Made by a program: the position numbers and the translations under genes | Assembly (NCBI GenBank): GCA_022646745.1 | Contig: CP060262.1 | Location: 2,880,001-2,912,000 of the forward strand | DNA: 32,000 nt | Direction of reading: 5' to 3' | Source of the DNA: Planctomycetales bacterium | GTDB lineage: Bacteria; 4484-113; JAFGCY01 | Shown: positions 16,206 to 23,843 of the stretch, in pieces | Layout of the letters: each line of letters begins with the position of its first letter | Numbering within the stretch: the first letter of the stretch is position 1 | The notes under the pieces: model-generated | What the model was told of the DNA's origin: nothing | Database searches by the model: none | What the model saw: only the letters and a program-made list of their open reading frames with translations

Positions 16206-17204
16206 CTAACTGCCCGGTGCGTAGAGGTCGGGGAACTTGAACACCAGGTTCTCCACGATCTCACCGATCGCCTTCAGGCTTTCCTTGCTGCAGTTGTCGA
16301 TCGTGTCATCCGTGGTATGCCAGTAACGGTTGTCCGGCCCATACTCGAAGTCGATGAAGTCGTAGAAATGCATCCCGCGGTCGATGAAGCTCAGGTGGTC
16401 GTCGTAGATCGTCAGCGCCCCGGAGTCACGGAACACCTTGTAGCCCATCGCATCGCTGAGGGCCTTGGCCGCCAAGAAGACTTCGACTGAGTTGGATGAA
16501 TGGTTCTCCGGGCGTATCACCAGGTCCGTGTCCCCGACCATGTCCAGCAGCACACCATAGTTATAGGTGGCTATCTCGCTGTCCGGCATGCTGTTGCAGT
16601 AGTACTTGCTGCCGAGGAACATCATGTCGAGCCCGGGGCCATAGTCCTCGCCATCGAAGAAAACCAGGTCCAGGCCAACCTCCGGCCGGTGCTCATTGAA
16701 CACACGCGCCAGCTCAAGCAGCACCGATACACCACTTGCGCCATCATTGGCACCCTGGATCGGCAGCTTCTTGCTGGCCTTGGTGTTCATGTCGGCAGTC
16801 GGGCGGGTATCCCAGTGCGCCGCCAGCATCACCCGGCGCTTAGCTGTCACGTTGAAGCGGCCAACGATGTTCCACATCCGGGTATCCTCGCCGCCGAGCT
16901 TCATGCGGAATTCCTGTACCTCGACGGCGTCGCACTGCTTCTGTAGTTCGGCCTCAATGTACTCCTTGCAGGCCTTGTGCGCTGAGCTGCCAGGCACGCG
17001 GAAGCCGAAGTTCACCTGCTTCTCCATGTGTGTCCAGGCCTTGCGCTCGTCGAAGTGGCGGGTGGCAAGGTACAGCGAGGGATCATCAATGCCCTGCTGG
17101 GAGTCCTGGTTGCGCCCGCTTTCCTGGGCCTTGGCGCTGTTGGAGGCATTGCAGCCGAGCAGGCACGCAAAGATGAGGATCAGTGCAGCTGTGAGTGGTC
17201 GCAT
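16206..17204 (-). CDS. M28-family peptidase / glutaminyl-peptide cyclotransferase-like lipoprotein
   Basis: LAAHWDTRPTAD, GANDGASGVSVLLELARVF and FFDGEDYG are the metal-ligand blocks of the M28/QC family. The start is set at MRPLTAALILIFACLLG|C (ATG 17204), which gives a lipoprotein signal peptide and avoids overlap with the upstream gene. Confidence 0.7.
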   Translation of the reverse strand: MRPLTAALILIFACLLGCNASNSAKAQESGRNQDSQQGIDDPSLYLATRHFDERKAWTHMEKQVNFGFRVPGSSAHKACKEYIEAELQKQCDAVEVQEFRMKLGGEDTRMWNIVGRFNVTAKRRVMLAAHWDTRPTADMNTKASKKLPIQGANDGASGVSVLLELARVFNEHRPEVGLDLVFFDGEDYGPGLDMMFLGSKYYCNSMPDSEIATYNYGVLLDMVGDTDLVIRPENHSSNSVEVFLAAKALSDAMGYKVFRDSGALTIYDDHLSFIDRGMHFYDFIDFEYGPDNRYWHTTDDTIDNCSKESLKAIGEIVENLVFKFPDLYAPGS

Positions 17205-17226
17205 CGTACTAACAGTATATGGACTG

Positions 17227-17532
17227 TCAGTTCGTGCTGGTGGTTCTGTCCACAATGATGATCGGAATTTCCCCCGGCTCACAGTAGCCAAGCTTCTGCT
17301 TGAGCAGGTCGATCTGCGTATCGGTGTCCGACTTGATCCGTTCCTGTGTCTCCAGCAGGCGGGTCAGTTCCGACAGCTTGGAGTCATATGCCGCCTGGTT
17401 CATGTCGACCTGCCGCTGCATCTCATGCTTCTCCTGGTAGGAGGCATATGCCTTGGCGCACATGAATGCCGCCGCTGTCCAGACCAGCAGCAGGATGGAT
17501 AGTCTACGGATAGCCCTGATATGTTGCCCCAT
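17227..17532 (-). CDS. Septum formation initiator (FtsB/DivIC-like) protein
   Basis: About 100 aa. One N-terminal TM helix (LSILLLVWTAAAFMCA), a coiled-coil segment, then the KQKLGYCEPGEIPII motif typical of the family (LGxxxPGE). Confidence 0.55.
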   Translation of the reverse strand: MGQHIRAIRRLSILLLVWTAAAFMCAKAYASYQEKHEMQRQVDMNQAAYDSKLSELTRLLETQERIKSDTDTQIDLLKQKLGYCEPGEIPIIIVDRTTSTN

Positions 17533-17617
17533 GATAATTCAACCCTCGTGGGAAACAGTATCAAAAATTTCTCAACGCTGTAAGTTCACATATGTGAAGT
17601 ACACGTGAATGCGGGGC

Positions 17618-19123
17618 CTAGTCCGCCAGGCCAAGCGGGTCATCCCCATAGCTCTTGTCCAGTGCCATCACGTAATCCCGGATGACCTGGTGCACGTCCT
17701 TGTCATAGGCCGGACTGGCACTACGCAGGGCCTGAATGTACTCATTGTCAGTAATGATTGCGAGGTCCACGCGCATGCTGAGTGGGAATCCCTCGACACT
17801 ATCCTCCGTATCACTCAACAGTGCCTTGCGCAGATATCCACTCGACAATTCCTGCAGCTGCCTGTTCCATCTGGAATCCGGTTCCGCTGCTGCAACAATC
17901 GCCAGCATCATCAAGCTGCGCTGCCGCTCTTCAAAAGTACTGGCGGATTGCATGGCCTGCATTGCCAACTGGACTGCGGAGTATTTATGCAGGGATCCGT
18001 TAATATCCTTCACGGTAACTTCACCATGCCCTGAATAAAGCAGCAGATAGGATAGCTGGGCAAGATATCCGGAGTTTGTTTCATTTCCCGTATAGAGGAA
18101 TGACGCAGGCAATAGCCAGCTGTCTGACCTCATGATCCTCGTCAACTCAGCATAGACGCTGGTTTCAGCCTCTGCTGAACCCATGTCTGAATATGGTGAT
18201 TGCACGACCTGCTGGATATGTTGCTGGAATTGTGGGTCAGCGAACATGCCATCTGCAGCGAGGATGATAGCCTTCTGCAGGTGGATATATGCCGGATCAA
18301 GCAACTCGTTACGATGGGTGTCAATATATACTTCGGCCTCTTCAAATCGTGCATTCCTGAGCAGATAACTTACTGTTGTCAGATAGGTCCATCTATCAAT
18401 TACAGGTAGCTTATCAGGATCATTGTTTTCATTCTTGGGTGAATTGGATTCTGGACTGTTGTCAATCACTGCAGATTCAAACTTGCTGGCCTGATCATAC
18501 TGATTTAACATACAGTGAATTTTGAAAGCCATTGCCCTGCTGGATTCTGATTGCAGATCAGTGGAAATGTACCGGTTCAGGAAGGCGTGCAGCTCGTCCT
18601 TGCGGTCGGTTTCCAGCCACAGGGTCAGGGCCAGCAGGTCCAGCTCGTCAGCCATGTAGGGCTCGCGGCTTAGCAGGTCCCGCTTCCAGCTGATGAATTC
18701 GTCCTCCTGCATGGACATCGCAAGGAAATTGAGAAGCAGGTCACCGGATCCTGCCTGGGAGACACTGCCCGAGCTGTAGTTGTCCATGATCAGGGGCAGG
18801 GCTTCCCTGATGTATGTGTGATAGTTCTCCCTGTCCAGGTTTGCACAGTAATAAAGGACTATCGTTAGTAGGGTCCGCTCAAACTCTCCATCCCGTTTCT
18901 GATAGGCGACCCTGACGCGTGGCAGAAGTTGAGTAGCGCTTGCCAGCTCGGGCGTGTTGGCCAGGTTTTCAACCGCTTCCTGGAGCTGCAGGTCCGGCAT
19001 GTTGCCCATCGGGATACCGGCTTCACCGGCGCGCTGGATCTGCAGCGTGCGCACAGCCAGCCAGCTGCTGCCTGAAATGAATATTACAATCAGGATTAAT
19101 GTGAGGATTTGGCGTTTATCCAT
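17618..19123 (-). CDS. Hypothetical membrane-anchored, predominantly helical protein (no family recognised)
   Basis: N-terminal TM helix ILTLILIVIFISGSSWLAV. It is a long uninterrupted ORF. Stretches such as 18361-18480 are about 40% GC, against about 60% or more for neighbouring genes. Confidence 0.6.
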   Translation of the reverse strand: MDKRQILTLILIVIFISGSSWLAVRTLQIQRAGEAGIPMGNMPDLQLQEAVENLANTPELASATQLLPRVRVAYQKRDGEFERTLLTIVLYYCANLDRENYHTYIREALPLIMDNYSSGSVSQAGSGDLLLNFLAMSMQEDEFISWKRDLLSREPYMADELDLLALTLWLETDRKDELHAFLNRYISTDLQSESSRAMAFKIHCMLNQYDQASKFESAVIDNSPESNSPKNENNDPDKLPVIDRWTYLTTVSYLLRNARFEEAEVYIDTHRNELLDPAYIHLQKAIILAADGMFADPQFQQHIQQVVQSPYSDMGSAEAETSVYAELTRIMRSDSWLLPASFLYTGNETNSGYLAQLSYLLLYSGHGEVTVKDINGSLHKYSAVQLAMQAMQSASTFEERQRSLMMLAIVAAAEPDSRWNRQLQELSSGYLRKALLSDTEDSVEGFPLSMRVDLAIITDNEYIQALRSASPAYDKDVHQVIRDYVMALDKSYGDDPLGLAD

Positions 19124-19342
19124 TCCAGGATATATTATCGCTTGTGGGGAAAAGAAAGTCGTAAACTTAAGACTTGGTAAAGTTTAATTTTTCATATGGA
19201 CGAATCAGATATCCGTTGTATAATCCGACATGTTAGGTTAAATGACCCTTTCGGTCAGTTTAACTAACTGAAGGAAAGGCAAAATCATCCGATAAGCGGA
19301 TAAGAACGTGTTAATCGATTACAGGGTGAAGGAAGAACAACC

Positions 19343-20050
19343 ATGGCACAGTCAATTCTGATCGTAGATGATGAGCAGCAGCTGAGGGACATGCTGGGCG
19401 ATGCCCTCTCGCAGGCCGGTTACCAGGTCCGCGCTGCCCGCAACGTACCTGAGGGCCGCAACGAGCTTGACAGCGAAGCCTTCGACATCGTTGTGCTCGA
19501 CATCAACATGAACGGCAGCGAGAACGGATTTGACCTGCTGCGCTGGATGCGCCGCACCAAGCGCGACAAGACCCCTGTGATCCTGCTGACCGCCAGCAGT
19601 GCCGAGGACGAGAAGCTGCAGGCCTTTGAGCTCGGTGCTGATGACTACGTGGTCAAGCCCTTCTCCATTCCGGAGTTCCAGGCGCGCATCAAGGCGGTGA
19701 TCCGCCGCTACGAGAAGGAGCGCCCGACCGAGATCGAATTCGGCGATGTGCGCATCGACTGCTCAGCCCGCATCGTTTACAAGGAGGATGATGAGGTCAA
19801 GCTGCGCCTGAAGGAGTACCAGATCCTCGTTACCCTTGCCGAGAACCCGGGCGTGGCCATCAGCCGCCACGAGCTGTTCAAGAGCATCTGGGGCGATGAC
19901 AGCCCGAGCGGTGAGAAGACCGTCGACGTCACCATCCACACCCTGCGTGACAAGATCGAGAGCGACCCGTCCAACCCGCAGTTCATCCAGACCGTGCGCG
20001 GCTTCGGCTACCGCTTCCAGCCCTCAGTGGAAAGCACCGTCGCCAGCTAG
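19343..20050 (+). CDS. OmpR/PhoB-family response regulator (receiver + winged-helix)
   Basis: ILIVDDEQQLRDML, the phospho-acceptor context DIVVLDINM, LTASS, DDYVVKPFS, and a C-terminal winged-helix (LRLKEYQILVTLAENPG...TVRGFGYRF). SD GAAGGAAG lies upstream. Confidence 0.9.
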   Translation: MAQSILIVDDEQQLRDMLGDALSQAGYQVRAARNVPEGRNELDSEAFDIVVLDINMNGSENGFDLLRWMRRTKRDKTPVILLTASSAEDEKLQAFELGADDYVVKPFSIPEFQARIKAVIRRYEKERPTEIEFGDVRIDCSARIVYKEDDEVKLRLKEYQILVTLAENPGVAISRHELFKSIWGDDSPSGEKTVDVTIHTLRDKIESDPSNPQFIQTVRGFGYRFQPSVESTVAS

Positions 20051-20075
20051 TCCGGTACAGGCTCGCAATATATGA

Positions 20076-20105
20076 AAAGGCGCCCCTCGGGGCGCCTTTA
20101 TCATT
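20076..20105. terminator. Bidirectional rho-independent terminator between convergent genes
   Basis: AAAAGGCGCCCC-TC-GGGGCGCCTTT, followed by ATCATTTT. The A-run upstream and T-run downstream allow function in both directions. Confidence 0.7.
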
Positions 20106-20123
20106 TTCTGTCTATTGGTTCCG

Positions 20124-20849
20124 TTATCCCTGTTCGGTCTCAGGATCTTCCTGGCTTGAATCCTGCGCATTCCTGGCTTGTTCCGCCTTGAATCGCTGCT
20201 GTTCCTTGTACTGGCGATATGCCTCGGAATGCGGTGAGGATGTCGCGCCCGTCAGCCAGACGCTGCCGGCAGGCCGCACAGCCCAGTACTCAAGGGGATA
20301 AGTGATTTCCTGCAGGGGTACGTAATCCGCGCTTGGGCCATTGATGCTCATGATGAATGTCATCGGCTTCGGGTTCCATAGCCCGGAGTACAGTTCAGGC
20401 GGGCATTCCTGCACAACGATGTTGCCTGGCCGGAAGCCTTCTCCCTCCCAGCGGATCGGTTCCCAGTTGTTGTAGGGATTGCCGGGCCAGTGGCTGATGA
20501 TGTCCATCCTCATCAGCACATTGCTGCCCTGCGGAAGCTGGCGATGGATGTCCTTGTAGATCAGGAATCCGTCATAGATGGTGAACATTGCCCATTGCAG
20601 GTAAGATTCCTGCTCCTCATCGCTCCACTGCCCAGCCGGCTTGGACTTGAGCACTGCTTCAGCGGCGAGCATCTTCTCCTCCGACAGGTGCAGCTCGTCC
20701 ACGAAGCGCTGCATCATCTCGGCCTGGAAGTTGTCCATCTTTTCCTGTTTCTCCTGCTCACTCATGCTCTGGGCTGCGCAGGGGCTAATGATGAAGAAGA
20801 GGCTGGCAGCAATCGCCAGCAGTAACGAACTGATCCTTAAGCTGATCAT
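20124..20849 (-). CDS. Secreted hypothetical protein
   Basis: Signal peptide MISLRISSLLLAIAASLFFIISPCAAQS. SD GGGAGA lies 6 nt upstream. No recognisable family. Confidence 0.55.
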   Translation of the reverse strand: MISLRISSLLLAIAASLFFIISPCAAQSMSEQEKQEKMDNFQAEMMQRFVDELHLSEEKMLAAEAVLKSKPAGQWSDEEQESYLQWAMFTIYDGFLIYKDIHRQLPQGSNVLMRMDIISHWPGNPYNNWEPIRWEGEGFRPGNIVVQECPPELYSGLWNPKPMTFIMSINGPSADYVPLQEITYPLEYWAVRPAGSVWLTGATSSPHSEAYRQYKEQQRFKAEQARNAQDSSQEDPETEQG

Positions 20850-21018
20850 GGGATTCTCCCTGATTTGGATTCCGGATCGAGTGTACCGCGCCGGACCGGT
20901 AATGCCTATTCCTCAATACCCTTGCATCAACACTTAACGCTGTCCGAAGGATCGGTTGAAGCTATACTTCCACGCGCCAGTGCGGCAGCCAGTCGCGCGG
21001 CAAAGGAGTATCCGTACC

Positions 21019-22620
21019 ATGAGTACCCACGGACAGCAGGTCAGCTCGATGGAGCTGATGGACAAGATCGTCACGCTATGCAAGCGCCGCGGCTTCGTGT
21101 TCGCCAACAGCGAGGTCTACACCGGTCTCTCCGGCTTCTGGGACTACGGCCCGCTTGGCGTCGAGATGAAGAAGAACCTCGAGCGCTTCTGGTGGGACTA
21201 CATGGTGCGCAGCCGCGACAACGTCGTCGGCCTCGACTCCGCCTGCATCGGCCCGGAGTCCGTCTGGACCGCCAGTGGGCATGTCGGTGCCTTCAACGAT
21301 GCCCTGATTGACGACAAGAACAGCAAGGAACGCTTCCGCATCGACCAGCTGCAGTACGAAAGCGAGGAAGATGCCGAGAAGGCCGAGCTGTATGCGCTCA
21401 ACTGGCTCAATGCCGGCAGTAATGGCGACGAGACCGCATTCTGGGACGGCCTGAAGGAGCACATCGGCTACTACCCGATGAACCCGAACACCGGCAAGGC
21501 CAGCCGCTTCACGGTGCCGCGCCAGTTCAACCTGATGTTTCGCCAGCAGATCGGGGCGACTGGGGAGGGCGGCCAGGTCGGTTACCTGCGCGCCGAGACC
21601 TGCCAGCCAATCTTCGTGGACTTTGACAACGTGCGTGTGACCTCGCGCCAGAAGGTGCCCTTCGGCATCTGCCAGGTTGGCAAGGCCTTCCGCAACGAAA
21701 TCAACCCGCGCAACTTCCTGTTCCGTGCCCGCGAGTTCGAACAGATGGAGCTTGAATTCTTCGTACGCCCGGATGAACTGACCGCGAAGCTGCGTGAGCT
21801 GGGCATCTCCGAGGACAGCTCCGTACCCGGCCAGCCGGACGGCACGGCCCAGACGATGGACTGGTACGACTACTGGCGTGCCCAGCGCCGCGAGTTCTAT
21901 ACGAAGCTTGGCCTGCCGGATGAGATGGTGCGCGTGCATGACCACCCCGCGGAGAAGCTGGCACACTACGCCCGCGCCGCACTGGACTTCGAGTTCGAGT
22001 TCCCCTTCGGCTGGGGCGAGCTGGAGGGCGTGCACCACCGCGGTGCCTTTGACCTCGGCCAGCACCAGAAGCACAGCGGCAAGAGCTTTGAATATTTTGA
22101 CGACGAGGCCATGGCACTCCTGACCGGAGCCGGGATGGACAAGGCAGAAGCCAAGGAAATGGCAACCTACCTGCCGGTCTGCATCGAGACCTCGGTCGGA
22201 CTGGGACGCATGTTCCTCGCCGCGCTGACCGCTGCCTACCACGAGGATGAGCAGGACACCAAGCACGAGGGCAAGGAGACCGACATCCGCATCGTGCTGC
22301 GCCTGCATCCGCGCATCTCACCGATTACTGTCGCGGTGCTGCCGCTTTCCAAGAAGCTCAGCGGAGCGGACAGCAAGTCCTATGCGCTGTATCGCGAACT
22401 GCTGGATGCCGGCCTGAGTGTCGAGTTTGACGATGCAGGCAGCATCGGCAAGCGCTACCGCCGACATGACGAAATCGGCACGCCCTGGTGCCTGACCTAT
22501 GACTTCGACAGCGAAGAGGACGGTGCCGTCACGGTGCGTGACCGTGACACCCTCGTGCAGGACCGCATCAAGATCAGCGAAGTGGTGGACGAATTGCTCC
22601 GGCGCTACCGCCAGGCCTGA
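21019..22620 (+). CDS. glyQS: Glycine--tRNA ligase, single-chain (alpha2 dimeric) type
   Basis: MDKIVTLCKRRGFVFANSEVYTGLSGFWDYGPLGVEMKKNL is the hallmark N-terminus. Class II motifs follow (FRNEINPRNFLFRAREFEQMELEFF, GLGRMFLA) with a C-terminal anticodon-binding domain. The start is set at ATG 21019, 10 nt after AAGGAG, rather than the track's 20956. Confidence 0.9.
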   Translation: MSTHGQQVSSMELMDKIVTLCKRRGFVFANSEVYTGLSGFWDYGPLGVEMKKNLERFWWDYMVRSRDNVVGLDSACIGPESVWTASGHVGAFNDALIDDKNSKERFRIDQLQYESEEDAEKAELYALNWLNAGSNGDETAFWDGLKEHIGYYPMNPNTGKASRFTVPRQFNLMFRQQIGATGEGGQVGYLRAETCQPIFVDFDNVRVTSRQKVPFGICQVGKAFRNEINPRNFLFRAREFEQMELEFFVRPDELTAKLRELGISEDSSVPGQPDGTAQTMDWYDYWRAQRREFYTKLGLPDEMVRVHDHPAEKLAHYARAALDFEFEFPFGWGELEGVHHRGAFDLGQHQKHSGKSFEYFDDEAMALLTGAGMDKAEAKEMATYLPVCIETSVGLGRMFLAALTAAYHEDEQDTKHEGKETDIRIVLRLHPRISPITVAVLPLSKKLSGADSKSYALYRELLDAGLSVEFDDAGSIGKRYRRHDEIGTPWCLTYDFDSEEDGAVTVRDRDTLVQDRIKISEVVDELLRRYRQA

Positions 22621-23457
22621 TCACTGTTCGTCGTATTCCTCGACGACCGTGATCTCCTGGCTGTCGCCCGCATGGCTGGCAGCAATCTCATATGAGCTGA
22701 ACAGGCGCACAACATAGCGTCCCGGTTCCTTCGGGAAGAAGGTGAATTGTCCCTTGTTGCCGTTCAGCAGCGCTGATTCCGCCGCATCGTCCGCGCTGGC
22801 GGAACCCTCGAAGTTGCCGTCAACCTTGAACAGGCCGATCCAGGAATCGTGCGGGAAGTCGTCCGGCACCTTCCAGTAGGCCACGATCGGCAGGCCGACC
22901 TTCAGGACCATGTCCTCGGTCACCTCGCCGACATTGATGCTCACGTAAGGTTCAAGCTGCTGGACCGGGTCGCCCTCAGGCCAGGCTGCCACTGTGAACT
23001 TCTCGCGGTCGATCTCATTGCCCGTGCCGTCCTCGAGGATGGCCACGAACTTGCCTGTGGACTGCGGCAGCCAGCCGTTGGAGCTGTCACCGCCGCTGAC
23101 CGGTTCGAAGGAATCAACATCGGACTGGCTGAACTTGCCATCAGCGGATTGGCCCAGCTTCTGGATCCGCAGCATGTAGCCGCCCGCCGGACGCTCCTCA
23201 GGAATGCTGAACTGCATGCGCTGGCCGAGCTTGAGCTCCCGGCTGATCAGGTTCAGCGCGCCGGACTCCGAGTTGGAATCAGGCGGGGCAGCATCGCTGG
23301 CTGTCCCGGCGGCCTGGTCCGTTGTATCCCCTGATGTTTCGGCAGCAGGCATTCCAGTATCCACACCATCCGCTTGCTTATTGCCCTCATTGGACTGCGG
23401 GCATCCGGCTGCAAGCAGCAACAGGCAGGTCATCAGGCAGCTAATCAGTGTTTTCAC
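22621..23457 (-). CDS. Hypothetical lipoprotein, predicted beta-sandwich
   Basis: GTG start. Lipobox LLAAG|C, then a low-complexity linker rich in Asp, Thr, Ala and Ser, then two beta-rich halves. Its stop codon directly abuts the glyQS stop (TGA|TCA at 22618-22623). Confidence 0.6.
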   Translation of the reverse strand: MKTLISCLMTCLLLLAAGCPQSNEGNKQADGVDTGMPAAETSGDTTDQAAGTASDAAPPDSNSESGALNLISRELKLGQRMQFSIPEERPAGGYMLRIQKLGQSADGKFSQSDVDSFEPVSGGDSSNGWLPQSTGKFVAILEDGTGNEIDREKFTVAAWPEGDPVQQLEPYVSINVGEVTEDMVLKVGLPIVAYWKVPDDFPHDSWIGLFKVDGNFEGSASADDAAESALLNGNKGQFTFFPKEPGRYVVRLFSSYEIAASHAGDSQEITVVEEYDEQ

Positions 23458-23463
23458 GGGTAA

Positions 23464-23469
23464 ATTCTA
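23464..23469 (-). promoter_or_regulatory. -10-like TAGAAT, 6 nt upstream of the GTG at 23457
   Basis: The minus strand reads GCTAGAATTTACCCGTG. No SD is present. Confidence 0.35.
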
Positions 23470-23502
23470 GCGGAACACAGAGCTTAAATTGCGTTATCGC
23501 GC

Positions 23503-23530
23503 TTGACACGGTACTATCTGTGGCTATAAT
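23503..23530 (+). promoter_or_regulatory. Consensus sigma70-type promoter of rpsT
   Basis: TTGACA (23503-23508), a 16-nt spacer, TATAAT (23525-23530). A leader of roughly 25 nt carrying SD GGAG precedes the GTG at 23561. Confidence 0.7.
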
Positions 23531-23560
23531 CATCGTTCCACTTTTGAGCGGAGAAATTAC

Positions 23561-23839
23561 GTGGCGAATACGAAGACAGCAAAGAAGCAGATCCTGGTCT
23601 CCCGCCGGAACCAGGAACGCAACACGCATTTCAAGACGATGCTGAAGACCAGCATCAAGAAGGCGCGCACCGCGATCGCCGGCGAGGACAAGGATGCCGC
23701 CAAGACCGCGCTTGACGCCGCCGTGAAGCGTATATACAAGAGTGCCACTAAGCGCCTGATCAAGAAGCAGACCGCTTCCCGCAAGGTCAGCCGCCTGATG
23801 CTCGCATTCAACAAGCAGTTCAGCGACAACAAGGCCTAG
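23561..23839 (+). CDS. rpsT: 30S ribosomal protein S20
   Basis: MANTKTAKKQILVSRRNQERNTHFKTMLKTSIKK is the canonical S20 N-terminus. 92 aa, very basic, GTG start. Confidence 0.93.
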   Translation: MANTKTAKKQILVSRRNQERNTHFKTMLKTSIKKARTAIAGEDKDAAKTALDAAVKRIYKSATKRLIKKQTASRKVSRLMLAFNKQFSDNKA

Positions 23840-23843
23840 TCCC

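Noticed and set aside
16206-17291. The long version of the M28 ORF starting at 17291 (361 aa), which overlaps the ftsB-like gene.
   Set aside because: The first 29 residues (MATVSRGKFRSS...) precede a perfect lipoprotein signal peptide that starts at M30. Using ATG 17204 removes a 65-nt overlap with the upstream gene.
19196-19267. A 23-codon mini-ORF (MDESDIRCIIRHVRLNDPFGQFN) in the response-regulator upstream region, as a possible leader peptide.
   Set aside because: The best -10 hexamer (19219-19224) lies inside it, so it would not be on the transcript. It has no SD.
20850-21018. A T-box or other leader upstream of glyQS (and similarly upstream of alaS at 30820-30919).
   Set aside because: I saw no specifier-loop or T-box (AGGGUGGNACCGCG-like) sequence and no terminator/antiterminator pair. 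The alaS gap is too short and appears leaderless.
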